Shown here: positions 38,977-52,831 of the stretch, piece by piece
How positions within the stretch are numbered: position 1 is the stretch's first letter
Layout: every line of letters begins with the position of its first letter
NCBI GenBank assembly: GCA_040954595.2
Contig: CM082593.2
Location: 11,855,477 to 11,919,476 of the forward strand
Length of the DNA: 64,000 bases
Direction: 5' to 3'
From: Balanoglossus misakiensis
Lineage: Eukaryota > Animalia > Hemichordata
Notes under the pieces: generated by a model
What the model was told of the DNA's origin: nothing
Database searches by the model: none
What the model saw: the letters and a program-made list of their open reading frames with translations, nothing else
Made by a program: the position numbers and the translations under genes

Positions 38977-40665
38977 GACTGCGCAGTTGGAAGTTACCGT
39001 TCAGCATGTTCTGAAGCATGCACGCTGTGTCCAAGGGTTTCATGTGTGGAACAGCCAGCCTCTCATCACCAACACAATGCGGACAGGGATATTTTGCCAA
39101 CAATGGAAGTATAGACTGTACGCCTTGTCCTGCCCTGGGTATAAGTGCCAATATGATGGTATGTCGGAGCCAGAGGTGTGTGAAGATGGATACTACACTA
39201 ATATAAATGGTGAGTCAGCACTTAAAGTTTGGGCATTACTGTGTAATCTTTCACTTAGGCGGATGATCATCTTATGTGCATGTGCCTAATTCTGTGCGTA
39301 CAAACATTATGTCCAGTCCAAATATTCTGCCAATTTTACATCCAATGCATTCAAATAGTGGACTGCTTCGCTTTCATCCAGTTTTCATGTGCATCGTATA
39401 AGTAGACTTTTGTTTTGTCCCGTCTTTTCACCGAATTTGCTTTTTTCCAAATCTCCGACACAGACTATGATCGTCACATTCTTGTCTGTTGTTAGAACAG
39501 CACACTGCCATATGGCATTGACTGTATACAGTTTCTGTTACGAATATCTCTGGTTTGGCATTTTCCTGTCCTCAATCTTTTGCCAGGGATTTATGTCTCC
39601 CCAACCCGCGTGAGAATCCCACGTCTTTGAAGGTATGACTGTGACTATAAGATTCTATAAATCTCTGTTTATTTTCAGCACAAACATCATGTGCTGATTG
39701 CCCGGCTGGTAACCATTGTCCAAATGGTAACACTGTGATTTTATGCTCGGCTGGTTATTACAGTTCGGCCTTGGACAAAGGATGTCTCGCTGTACCTCTT
39801 GCATAACAGGTAAACTTCTACCCACCCACCTTTATTTCCAACATCAAATTTGAATAGACCTCTATTTATGAAAATAATTAAAATTTGCGCCAATTTTTTA
39901 CAGTGGTATTCAAAGGTTAACTTGGTGTGTAAATTCTTTGTTTGATTTACAGATCAGCCGGTGCTGAACAGTGTACTATTTGTGAGCAAGGGTACGCCTG
40001 CACAGATCCCAGTGCATCGCAATTCAAGTGTACTAAGGGTTACGTGTCATTGGCTGGTGCAACAAACTGTACCAGATGTACAAATGGTAAGATTGTGGTA
40101 CTTGTTCAGTTTGCTGTGTGATGAAACTGAGGGGTATGTGTGTATGCATGTATGTGTTTACAACAGATTTTCAAGTCAGTGCGACTGGGGTTATGTGTGT
40201 GTGTATGTATGTATGTATGTGTTTACAACAGATTATCAACTCAGTGCGAGATCTTGCGAGACCCGGTTAGCCATGTGAGATCTCGCAGAGTCTTATGATA
40301 TTCAGAAAATGGTTGATTAGAAATGACGTTTAATGTCCTCCAAAGAATTTTCTACATGCCTGTATACTTGTCTCAGAATTATGAAGTGAATCATCTCAAG
40401 TAATTTGTTATTTTAAATGACACTGTATCACAAATACTTCACTAAAAACCTCATTTTCTTTAATCAGATGAAATAAGTGAGGAGCCTGCACGCACATCCC
40501 GTCTTCTGTACCCTGCTGGACAATCGAGTTCAGATTCAATGTAAGATCCGCTTGACTGTGGCAATGGTGAATATGCTATGGAAGGCGACGGCACATGCAC
40601 GCCTTGTCCAGCAGGATCCAAGTGTCCAACCATGTCACCCGTAGTTGATTGTTCAACAGTTACTG
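38977..40665 (+). pseudogene. Cysteine-rich repeat exons, copy 2
   Basis: Exons 38977-39209 (GFMCGTASLSSPTQCGQGYFANNGSIDCTPCPA / GYKCQYDGMSEPEVCEDGYYTN, frameshifted), 39679-39809, 39953-40086, 40468-40665. Confidence 0.78.
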
Positions 40666-43143
40666 GTAAGTTGGGCTGCAAATCACTCTTGTGACTTCCC
40701 TGTGTTATAGCATGACATACACAGAAAATTAAACTGTTATGCTCATTGGAGTTGATATTGTGATGCACTTTGAAAAACACAATGATTCCACTGAAGAGGT
40801 ATAGTACAGTAACACCTGTGATTACGGACATCTCTCTAATAAGGGATCGTTGGACCAAACCAATCGTTCTTTGAATTTTTTCTGTGATAGGTTCATACTC
40901 GCTAGGTTCGGCCACGTCCTTCTGGTTATGAATGCACAACTACAAGTGTCACACAGTGCGCTACAGGGCAGTAAAGTGTTGAAGGAGGTAAGTCTTGAAA
41001 TCTCTTTTCTTCTGGTCTCGATTTGAACATGGTTCCACAAGTTGTTTACATCACTTGTAGTTTTACATATTTTTTGAGTTCAACAGCTATGCTATACATG
41101 GTGTCCTGAGAAGTCGACCAGTATGAGAAGTCGGTATCGGCCAGTACGAGAAGTCGGCCTGTGGGAGAGAACCCTGGTACTTTGTGTTATATATAACTGT
41201 TTCACTACGAAATGTTTCCTTGATGTACAGGAGCTGAGATATTTGTACAAATAGCCGATGAATTTTAAAATTGTCTGTTCACTTTGCATGTACGTCACCG
41301 GGGTACGTCAACATCAGTCACCTGCACTTCTTGCGCTGCGCCAGTAGTCTGTTCCTCGTCACGTTTGTTTGTTTGGTTTTGTCTCAAAGTATGAATATAC
41401 ACATACACCTTCTATGTATTTTAGTAGGCTTTGAAACAACTCCCTTTAATCAGAAATGTCACAGGAATTTGGCGAACAACCTAAGCTCCTTACGCGGATA
41501 CGGGGCTGGCGAACCGGTACTGATGCCAGACGCCATTATTTGAAATGACGCCATTGTGTTGTCAAGAATTTGGGAAATCCGTCCAAATGAAAATATTTAG
41601 TGCAATTATATTTTATTAAGTGTTGTTATATGTAATCTGGGTCATCACTGCACTATTCGGGTACAAGTTCAACAACTGGCCGACTTCTCGTACTGGCCGA
41701 CTTCTCATACGCGCGTACTGGCCGACTTCTAATCTGGCCGACTTCTCAAGTATTCCTATACATTAGTGAAAATTGGGGAAACTGGTGTTTTCAGACAACT
41801 TATGAAGTCCCTTTCGCAATATTAACTCTAAAACAGCGGGTGATTTCCTTTTAAAATTTAACCAAATAAGCATACTTGGGGTCAACCATCTAGAGTTTTG
41901 AAAAAGTGCCCTTTATCTAGCACCTCTGTCAGATTTTGCCAGGCTCGTAGATTTTTGTAAAATGGCCTCAAAAATAAGAATTTTGGGAGGTTTGTCATAT
42001 TTTTTCACCATTGTAGAATCTAAATGTTCTGAATTATTTTATTTTTAGCAATTTTGAGATTGATTCATGTTCAGTATGATAATCGCATGTCAATACAACT
42101 GTTACATTAAAGGAAAAGTTCAAATCCGCCTAAAACCACATTGCATTGGTACCTAGTTAAGTTGTCCTCACTTTTGACGCAAAATTTTGATGTGCAATGC
42201 ACGTGTCTGTGAAATTGACGAATAAAAAAATTGTATACCAGTGCAAAATTAAAAACTCCCTGTGCAGCCTTCTTGGCAACTGCATGCTGGGAAAAGTACT
42301 CGGATGATGACAAAAAAGTTTCGGGGTTCCGGGTAGTGCTACCCCGGAATACAATGTTGGGTGCGGACTCCAACTATGGAAAAGAGATGCAGAATGTCAT
42401 GTGATATAGTAGTGAAAACAAATACACGTTGGTTCACGTATTTCAGCTCTCAGCAATCAGGGTGCATTAAAAGGCCTTGATTGGTGTGATATTCACAATT
42501 GATGATTATAAATACTTACAGTTGTATACTGTTTTATTTTGTAAATATTGTGTACATTTGCAGCAATGAATCCGTGCGAACACAAACCTTAACCCATGCC
42601 GGAATGCTGGTACTTGCCAAGCAATCCAGGGATCTTGTACAGGCATCACATGTCTATGTGCTGGCTGCTACCTGGGCTTCACATGTGAAACACGTGAGTA
42701 CAGTACTTTGTCATTTATTAAAAAATCTAAGTGCTGAGGTACATTGTAGTAATAATAGCAGGTGTAGTCATTATCATCATCATCATCATCATCATCTTTA
42801 AGTCAGTCAGTATGATCGGTAATAAAAACAGTAAAATCACCAGTATAAAAACATAACAGAGAAATAATGAACGTGTACTGGTGTTACCATAGGTAAGTGT
42901 TGTATAAAATTTTGAATTCCTGTCTTCCAGTTCCTAATCCATGCTTCACTAGTCCTTGTCTCAATGGAGGTACCTGCCAACAACAGGCAAATTCTTGTAC
43001 TGCCACCATTGGCATGTGCACAGAGTGTTACTAGGGAACCAGGTGTGAGACAAGTAAGTTTGAATCTATAGCAGTTAATAATGATAATTATCATTTTTAT
43101 TATGATTTAAACTTCACTGATGTTGTACAAACACAAAAATAGA

Positions 43144-43606
43144 AATAATAATAATAATAATAATTTATTTGTATAGCGTCAGTATCCACAAAAAATGTGA
43201 TCAATGACGCTTAAAGCAAAAGTACAATACAACAAATGGCTAAAAAAACAGATTTAAAAAGTAAAGTTTTAACATTTGATTTAAAAACAGATAAGTCTGG
43301 TGCCTGGCGAATGGTGAGTGGAAGATTATTCCAAAGAATTGGAGCAGCAACAGTAAAAGCACGATCACCATAACTCTTGGTGCGTGATCGAACAGGGCAG
43401 AGTTTGTACTGATCTGCTGACCTTAAATTGCGACACGGAACATATAGATTAGTCATGCTAGAAAGATAGATTGGACCAAGTTTATGAATGGATTTAAAAA
43501 TGAGAACTAACATCTTAAAAACAATACGCTCTGTAACAGGTAGCCAGTGCAACTGATACAAAATTGGAGTGATGTGACAGGTGATTGAACGAGTAACAAT
43601 TAGAAA
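43144..43606 (-). mobile_element. L2/CR1-clade LINE 3' end, copy 3
   Basis: ORF 43211..43561. Confidence 0.88.
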
Positions 43607-44622
43607 GGGACAGCAGCTTAGCTCTATTCCGTTTCCAAAGTGTTTGTTCTTTTAAACTACCTGTGCATTTTTTTTATTTATTCTGATTATGCTAATATGC
43701 TAATTTGTTGGTTTGTCACATCACAATTTTTGTAGGAAACTCACCCCTGGGAATTTTTTTCAGCCACTTACATACATTCATAATCACATGACATTGATGA
43801 TCATGGAAAATTTGACCCTTTTCCTTGTAGGACTCAACCAGTGTCCACCAAATCCGTGCCAGAATGGTGGCTTCTGTCAACCGGCTCGAAATTCCTGCTT
43901 TGATCTCACCTGCATATGTACTGGTTGCTACAAAGGTGATAGGTGTGAGATATGTAAGTATACAGCGCAGTCTCTTTTACCTTTTGTCTCTGATGCATTC
44001 AAATACTGCATGTTTCCTGAACATAGGTGTAGCCATCACCACAGCAGAGCTTGGAGCGTTCTTGACATCGAATGCAAGATTACACTCTTCCCAATCAAAA
44101 TCACTTTCGTAGCGCATAATGTCTTGATTGTCTTAGTTCAAGAAACATTATGCGCGACTGGCCAATTTTACTGCCTTTTGTCAACACACATCCACTATGG
44201 AAATTCTCACTCCAGGCCAGATAGTGTAAATTTGCATATGAGTCTACAGGTATGCCTGAAGTCAAGTCAAGCATTTGCAAGGAACCCTCCTCCAGTACAC
44301 AGGTCTTTGATTTCATGAAGGGAAGCCCTTGCCTTACAGTCACTGCCACATGATCTATGGAGGTGTGAACAACTTGATACCAGCCTAATATAAGTTGTAG
44401 GCACAATCACTCCACACACCCTTGCCATAATTCTGCAAGGTTTTTGCCATATCTGTACTGTAGAATGAGTAGCATAGAATAAAATGGCGTCCTTTCTTAA
44501 TTTCCAGTGCAAAACCCCTGTGATCCCAACCCATGTATGAATGGTGGATTTTGCCAGCAAACATCGTGCAATTTCTATTCATGCCAGTGTGTGAACTCTT
44601 ACACAGGTGACATCTGTCAAAC

Positions 44623-45151
44623 CATAGACCCTAGAGAAAGAAGGACGAGCAACTGCGGCAAAGATCAAAGGGTTTGGGGATTATCTGTATGATGATGTTC
44701 TTTTGCATATAATTAACACCCAGGACAGTTGGACAATGACTTCCTTACTTCGGCACATGTCGACCCCACCAGTGATGTGAAAACTTGCCACCAAACTGGC
44801 ACTCCTGCATTTCAGCAGCCACTGCGTTTTTTTCTAAAATTCTAAAAGTATTACGATGTCTGTGCTAATTATTATGGTTTGGTGTTCGTCTGTCGGTTGA
44901 ACGGTCATTTCTAGTGCCACAAGCTTCATTTAAAAATTGTAAACAAATCATCCATGTTTTTTGCATGTCCGACTGGGCACTCATATTTCTTGGTAACGCT
45001 GACACTTTTCGTAATAATTTTATGTTTGCGTGAAGCATTGAAACAAAAATTGTGGTTTAGGGGCATTTTATTTCGCAGTGCGTTAACAATAAAACAGATT
45101 TCACGAAAACAATTTGTAAACAAACTGGCTGGATTTTCATGTGTGCGCTAT
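44623..45151. mobile_element. P-element-like TIR element, copy 3 (right end deleted)
   Basis: Left TIR present; sequence jumps at gtgtgcgctat|gcaaatacc, removing the right TIR and the exon's splice donor. Confidence 0.75.
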
Positions 45152-45437
45152 GCAAATACCCACATGGTAAATTAAAACTGTTACAGGTGTATTTGATTTC
45201 CACATATGGATTACATGTGTGATAATATTGGGTGCTGGCAGTTTCAGTAAATGAACTGCTCTTAAAATTTGGGCGTCAGGGCACCCTTGACTTTGCCTGT
45301 TCCAAGCTAGAATGGTCTGTCCATATGAATATTTCTTCAGCAAGTTACAAGCAATCTTTTTAGTTTTGAATTAATAAATAGTGAAATGACTTGTGATGTT
45401 AATATGCAATTGTTGGTTGATTTACATGCATCTCCAG

Positions 45438-45560
45438 GACTCGGTCAATGTTCTCCCAATCTGTGCATGAACAACGGTATCTGTGAGCCAATCAGTAGAT
45501 CGTGCAGTGCGTTTACCTGTCGCTGTCAAGGCTGTTTCATTGGAATCACCTGTGACCAAG
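45438..45560 (+). pseudogene. Intact 123-bp EGF exon kept only in copy 3
   Basis: ccag|GA...CAAG|gtaaat; LGQCSPNLCMNNGICEPISRSCSAFTCRCQGCFIGITCDQ; lies in a 444-bp segment (45294-45737) absent from copies 1 and 2. Confidence 0.85.
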
Positions 45561-48500
45561 GTAAATTTATGAGACGAGGATCTGTTTATCCCCCATCATA
45601 CCGGTATATTTGTCATAGCTGGCAGCTATGAAATTACCTGTATATTTAGGATGTGACAAACCAAATAGGCACTTTCAGGAATTGAGTCTTTTTTCAATTA
45701 CCAAAGTCCTAAACTCCCAAAAGTATAATAAGTAATTCTTATTGTTCAGTTATACATTTAGGAGGCTCAGTTATAGGAGAACCCGATAGAACCACAGCTG
45801 TAGGAATTAGGGAAATGGTCATACCCTAAAAACTTATGTCACTACTATTTTTTTTTAATGCCATTGAAACAGAACAAACTCCATGTAGGCCAAGTCCATG
45901 CCTGAACAATGGGCGGTGTACTCAGCTGTCGTGTACAACTTATGAGTGTACTTGTCCAGGATGTTTCATCGGCACACACTGCAGCCAGTGTAAAACTCAT
46001 TAAAACAAACATTTGTCATGCAGGAACTAACATTTACAATCATGTCTCAATCCATTGTCTGTTGGTCATACTTTATATTTTCATCTTTAGCATCACACCT
46101 TGGGCCTTGGGAATCGGTCACCTCAAAAATGATGTACAGCTGAAAGAAAACATGTTTATTTGAAGAAAAAAATGTTGATCGTTAATGAAAATTTTCCCTA
46201 CACAAGATACATATACAGAGATTTTCATAGCCCCACAAGTGCGTCCCAGAATGCGCAAGTTGTTTTTGGAAGTGAAGTTCCGTTCAGTATTTACAGTAAT
46301 GGTAATGATGATGTTTTTATCAAACAGATTTTGAAAGTAAATATTGCTGAGATAACATTAGGTTGCACTTTTTATTGCAGTCCAAGATCCATGCCCGCGA
46401 AACAGCTGTCTCAACGGGGCTGTATGTAATGCAGTGGCCAACTCCTGCACGGCATATACCTGTGCCTGTACTGGTTGCTATGAGGGTAACCGTTGTGAAA
46501 TATGTAAGTTTCTGACGTACCGTAAATGACAATCTTTTGGGCACTTTCTCTTCATGGCAATTGAATTGTGTGGTAACTTCTCATTTCTAAAATTTCCCCA
46601 AGAGAAAAGAAAGGAAAAGGAAACAGAAATTTCATTTGTATGTCCGTGCAATTTAGGATAGGCACGAACTTGTGAGGAAGTGTACGAAGCTGGATGTTTT
46701 CATCACTCAAATATACAAGAGTTGCCTCTTGAAGACTAGTGTCTGTAGAGATAATTGTGCATGTGAGGTAATCTCTCCTGAGGTGGTGCACACCTCTGAG
46801 TATTAAGTAAAAGAGACGTCCTTAATTATCCTTACTATTTGGCTTGAAAAATCAATCTTACTAGGTGTTCTGATTAGAGAGGTGTCCATAAAGACAGGTT
46901 TTACTGTATTACCCAAAATAGAGACATTGTCCCTTCATCATATACTTAATGCGTGTTCTGGGTATGGTTCCAGTATAATGCTTGTGTCAAAGGATTTTGT
47001 TGTGGTGCAGGAATCATCTTTGGTTGAGGTGTAGCCATCTGCATTTCATGTGTTTTAAACTATTTTTTTTCTGATTGTCATTAACCCATGTGATCAGAAT
47101 CCGTGTCAAAATGGAGGCTATTGTTCCAAAACACCAAATTCTTATACTGACTACACCTGTTACTGCCAGTAGTGTTGGACTGGGGCCATCTGTGCCGTAG
47201 GTGTGTCGAATTACTGTTTTATGACACAGCGTGGTATATAAACCCTCATTTTTGGTATTCTCAATGTGATAGATGGACCCATACACCAATAAATGGGGTG
47301 GAAGCATTACTAAGTTTCATCCTTTCAAAATTTGCTGATGTAGGGTCAAAATTGAGTGTGAGGTGCATGTTAAAAAGGAAAGCCTTCTGTATCATGTTGA
47401 TGGCACATTTTTTTAATTTTTCAAGATTCTTACAGAAAAATCCTAGCAATAGCATCATTATGTTATTTTAAATGTAAAGGTTTGAAACAAGGAATAAAGA
47501 CATTGCTCACATATTTAAACGAAATGGACATCACAAGTACATGTAGAAGTTTTTGACAAGCAGGTAATTGATACTTTCATTTTTGTTTTGGCAGCCATTG
47601 ATCAGTTATACCCTATGCCTTGTCAAAATGGTGGCACATGCGTTGCGTGAGACGGCTGTTTCCTGTTTGACTGTATGTGTACCGAATGCTTCACTGGTGC
47701 CACATGTACAATGCGTAAGTACTAACCAATATTATTTTATTCAATGCAAAACACTTGTTATATATTATATAATATAAGTACGGTACACATATTAAAGCCC
47801 TGGTAACTCAAACTTTGGGCTAGCTTAATGTTATCACTATTTTTGTTTTCGGTTGCAACTGTGGTTTCTTGTCACACTCTAAAGGATTTCACTGCATTTG
47901 GTTTTTCAAAACAGCCCTTTGGTTGTTGTCATGTATACATGTACATGACTGTGGAGTGTAGTTTGTAGATTCTGTAATTTTGACAATATCTTGACTGCAC
48001 ATCCCACAGCTGTCAACCAGTGTCAACCCATCCAGTGTCGGAATGGTGGAAACTGTGTGCTGACGCCCAATTGGTGTACTGAATTCACATGCTCCTGTAC
48101 AAGCTGTTACTCCGGCGATTTATGTCAGACATGTGAGTGATTTTAAATTTCAGATGAAGAGGAACATAATAACATAACACATAATCGGCTTGCAGTTGGT
48201 TTCTTCCAACCTGTATCAAACAGTGAATAACGACACAATTTTGGGGAAATTTATTAAGAATGTGTGTGCCATAAAAGGGGATTGTGTATTTGACCAAATA
48301 ACAACCTGCACCGTATGGTACACTAAGACACTATTACACCTGTGTCAAAATTTCATTACGTTTCTTTTGTTGAACATGGAAGAAATTTGTCACAGTGATG
48401 TTCTGTTGACCAACTGAGATTTTTACCACTCAACCCTAACTGCACAAATCTGTTTAAAGTATATGTAGTAAATATTAACTGTACACAATTTATATCACTT

Positions 48501-51500
48501 TCTCTTCTGTGCACAGATTTGAATCCGTGTCAGCCCAACCCTTGTCTAAACAGTGGATTCTGCCAGCAAGTGTCCTGCACCGAGTTCAGATGCCAGAGTC
48601 CACGCTGTTTCATCGGAACCACGTGCGCTGAACGTAAGCAAACCAGTGTCAGATTTGCCGCACAAAGTAGAAATCGCTGGGCTTTGTCATTGATATTGTC
48701 TGAATAAAGTTGCCTGTGATTGTGCAGCTAACCAAGAGACTTATATGCACTACGGTAGCCATGATGAATACTTTCATTGACTCAAATGCTCATCAGTGTA
48801 GATGTTGCTATTTTTCCAACCGTAAATTGAAACATCAGAAAGTTATGACATCAACTACCCCCACCCCCACCCCACCCACCCCCAACTAGTAAATATTATA
48901 AGATGCTGTAATTATGATAAAGATGGTAGCACCAAGCTTGGATCAAGTGGTCTTCATAATCCTTCACACATGAACATGATCACACGGATGTGCAATCTTC
49001 TGACAGTCTGCTACAGATTTCACTTCCCACTCAAGTGTGTAAGACCCTAATGTGATACTTTTCATTTCTCTCACCCTTAGCGATCAACCAGTGTCTTCTA
49101 AACCCATGTCTGAATAACGGAGTGTATCAGCCACTTCAAGGCTCCTGCTCAATCTACACCTGCAACTGTCCAACCTGCTACACTGGGCAAACATGTGTTA
49201 CATGTAAGTCACAAGTTTTTAGGTCCCATTGGTATGTACCATGGGAACTTATGGGATTGGTTACGTCTGTATGTATGGATGGATGGATGGATGTATGTCT
49301 GTATGTCCGTCCACATGAAAAACTTGAAAACCACAGCGCGTATGACCTCGATATTTGGCGTGTAGATGCAGGCAGGGCTGTAGATGGGAGTTTGTTCAAA
49401 TGAAGATGTCATTGCCAAAAATATGCAAATTAGCTGGGAAAATGTGAAATTGGTCAAAACTCAAAAACTGGACAACCACTGGTCATATTGATTTGAAAAA
49501 TGGTATGCATGTACCTTATATCAACCTCATACAACCCTGTATGTTTTGAGCTAATATTATCGATTTCCTATTTTTTTTGCATTTATTTGTATTTTTCCAT
49601 GTTATTGGTAAAAGTCTTTGAAATTTAGTATGAAGCCTCCTAATGTTGTCTAAGTAACCATAGTTTTGTTCAAATTGTTGCAAAATTTGCATATCTATAA
49701 TTTTGAGCATTATTTGCCATTTTTGGTCAAAAAATGTTTTTCTTTAAAACCTCATGCCAGATTGCTTTGCAATTTGGTAGGCATGTTCGTAGGGGTAACC
49801 TAAATAATATGTTGTAAAAAATGTGATATTTGCATAAATGTGTTATCGGGGAAACTTTTGCAATTTTTGTCAAAAATTGTTTTCACTGAAACCGCTTGTC
49901 CTATTGCATTGAACTTAGGCAGCATGTTCCTTGTAGTGATTGAAGTAAGATATTGTACAATTTTGGTGATATTTGCATATTTGTGTTTTTGCCACTTTTG
50001 AACAAATATTTTCTGTGAAACTGCTTGTTGGATTGCTTTGAAATTAGTTTTTTCTCTGATTGCTTTGAAATTTAGGATATAATTTCATAACACATACCTG
50101 TATATGTGCAACTTTTATTCAATTCTGAGATCAGAAAGATTAAATATTTAGCGAGTTTTTTTGGTAAGTTTCTTTGTTTTTGGTTAGCAAATCTTCTCCT
50201 AAACAAATTGTCCAGTTGTTTTTAAAGTTACTATTTACAAGGAGTTGTTACCTCGAACAAAGACATGTTTACATAACTTAAATAGGCCAGCTGTTACAGA
50301 GACCACCAGCTATCACATTTTAATTACCAGTGGCAGGTCAGTGTGTGTCTGTTCCAGGGCTGACTGAAAGAAGTTGCTTCGCATATGTGTTTGTGTACAG
50401 ACAATTTTTGGTCAATTTTTTTTTCTAGCACCACTTGTAAGACTGCCATGACACATGACAGTTTATTGGGCATGTTCCTTGTTAATGTTTTTACATTGCA
50501 TATTTCTATATGGTCAGATCATAAGTGCTTGCAAATGTCACCTGTAATTTTTATTCTGCTGTGTCACTGTTTCCGCATAATCCTCAAATGTCATCAGATC
50601 TCCGAATGTGATGAAAACAGTGTGTTTTGAGTGGGGTTTTTTAATGACCTTTTGGGTTAAAAGTGGCAAAAATGGCAATTTTGTCTTCAAAGGGGTCAAT
50701 AAGACTGACTTTTTTGGAATCAGCACCATTTTTTACATTGAATGGACTAGTCTGCTCAAACTTTCCTTACCAAAAATTCTGTTTAATCTTCTGTAACATG
50801 TATACTAGTGTACATGTAGCTGCCTGATAGTTTGCCCTGTGTGTGTAATTGCTGAGTGACATAACGCATTCTGTGATTGATGCAGTCACGTAACCACCAA
50901 TCGAACGATTGTTATAAGGAGAACTGCACGACCTTTAACGGCATTAGCATACCTGATTTTTAGGGCTCGATATTACCTCTGAGGACGCAATATTTAAGTT
51001 GAAGTTTTTTTATTTTATCATATTAGAGCAAGAAGACTTGTCTTTTATGTAAAAGAAATAGACCCTAATATACAGAGTGCATGTTGAAACGATAGGCAGT
51101 TCCGGCCCATAGCCTAATTCTTCATTTTTCTGTCATGCGTAGGAATTGATTAGTGCTAACAACCCATGTCAAAATGGCAGCACTTGCCAACCCTAACCTC
51201 GTGTGTGGCATTGACGTGCACCTGCCAAGGATGCTTTACTGGGAGCGCTGTGAAAATTGTCAGTCAGTTTCTTTTGTCAAATTAATCAATATGTGTGGGA
51301 CTGCTATACATGTATATAAAACAGAATACTGCGATGGAAAATTCTATAACTTAATGTTTCAGTGGATATATGACTTAAAGTTAGCAGTATGCAGTGAATT
51401 CAACAGAAAGTGTAATTTCCTCTTGTGTGAGCTCTGTGCGACTGTGCCAATGAAAATCTCACCACAAACAAAAATGACAGGTATACACTGTATATTAGCA

Positions 51501-51719
51501 GCTTTGTCTCTGTAATAGCCATAGTGTTTTGAAGTTGAAAACTTGCAAAGTGTGCAGTTTTATTCACTCTACAAAGGAAACATTGTTGAAACGGATTATC
51601 TGTGTACATTGTCAAACTGTACACTTGTCGTGAGATTTATTCTCAATTATATTACTAGTATATCATGCTACCGTCCGCAACTCTGATTGGACGAGAGCTA
51701 AATCCAGCGATGCTAAAAT

Positions 51720-51923
51720 TAAGCAATAAAACACCCCCAGCCATGGTATATCACGAGATTTTGACCAGTTCACGACATATACGCACGAGCGATAGCGAGT
51801 GCGTATATGGAGTTGAACTGGTCAAAATCGAGTGGTATACCATGGCTGGGGGTGTTTTATTGCTATTATATTATGCCAGTATATTGAAACTTTGCATAAA
51901 ACATTTTAAAAAGGCATTTTCTT
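51720..51923. mobile_element. Truncated copy of the double-hairpin element at a different site
   Basis: First 204 bp of the 12290-12603 element, flanked by a 42-bp direct repeat (51678-51719 / 51924-51965); empty in copy 1 at ~18638-18679. Confidence 0.75.
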
Positions 51924-51989
51924 CAACTCTGATTGGACGAGAGCTAAATCCAGCAATGCTAAAATACTCAATAATGCACTGCTGGCAGT

Positions 51990-52831
51990 GGTAAAACGGG
52001 CTTTCTGTTTGCCACATGGGTTTGTTCTTTAGGTTGTTGTATGTGTTTACACCCATCATGTTTATTGTAGAACCAGGGTCGATCAGTGAGGCAAATGCTG
52101 TTTGTTCTATCTGCACTGTTACTCGAGGCCTCCTGCCATTTGATTGTTGTACAGTGAAGCAGTATTCATCTCCCGAGCTGTCTTCCACTTTATGCACAGC
52201 TTTGACAGTTTTATCCTTGTCTACCCTATTTGCCTTGCCTTTTGAATGGTAGCATTTGGCTAAATGGTTAGGTTTGCCACACTTCCTGCATGACTTGCCT
52301 TTAGCTGGACATACTGAGTCATGTGGATAGGTGCCACCACAATAATAACAAGTGGACGGTCCTTTCGCTGGCTGCTGATGAGCTCTCTTTTGTTTATTTG
52401 GTTTCGGGCGTTGGTGGCGCTGTTTTCTGACCGCATTCACAGATGCCGTATCTGCACCATTATTTTGGGTTTTCTCCTCAATCCCACTAGCCTGAACCTC
52501 TGATACCTCAAATGAACAGGCTGTACTCAGTAGATTCTCTAGTGTCGTCTCCTCCCGAAGAGCACGACGTCTGAGACGGGCTGATGTGAATCCTCGTATG
52601 ATTTGTGATTTGACCTCTTGATCCGGCTAGCTGATTCTCCATGTTCTCTGTCCTCGTCGCAAAATATAGAATCGTGGGTGGGCAATAATGACAACACGAG
52701 ACACCAAGTCCGGCATGTAAGAGTGAGAGTGCCTAGCCTCATTCACGCACTTTATTCATAATGACCCGAATGTTTACGTCATTTTACAGAATGTATAAAG
52801 TATAGATGCTCACCAGTGTTTGGACACTACA
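51990..52831 (-). mobile_element. Gypsy LTR-retrotransposon relic: short 5' LTR, PBS, internally deleted gag, protease
   Basis: - strand starts tgtagtgtcc at 52831, AATAAA, degenerate PBS ttgcgacgagga (~52651-52662), gag-like QIIRGFTSARLRRRALREE..LENLL, two Zn knuckles CYYCGGTYPHDSVC / CRKCGKPNHLAKC, protease LIDPGSTIN (ORF 51871..52440). Confidence 0.85.

Larger units (their letters stand above)
23293..42071 (+). repeat. Tandem segmental duplication, copy 2 (18779 bp)
   Basis: Colinear and near-identical to copies 1 and 3; private ~1.6 kb deletion at 32646/32647; empty sites for the copy-1 HINE insertions at ~24380 and ~24897. Confidence 0.97.
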
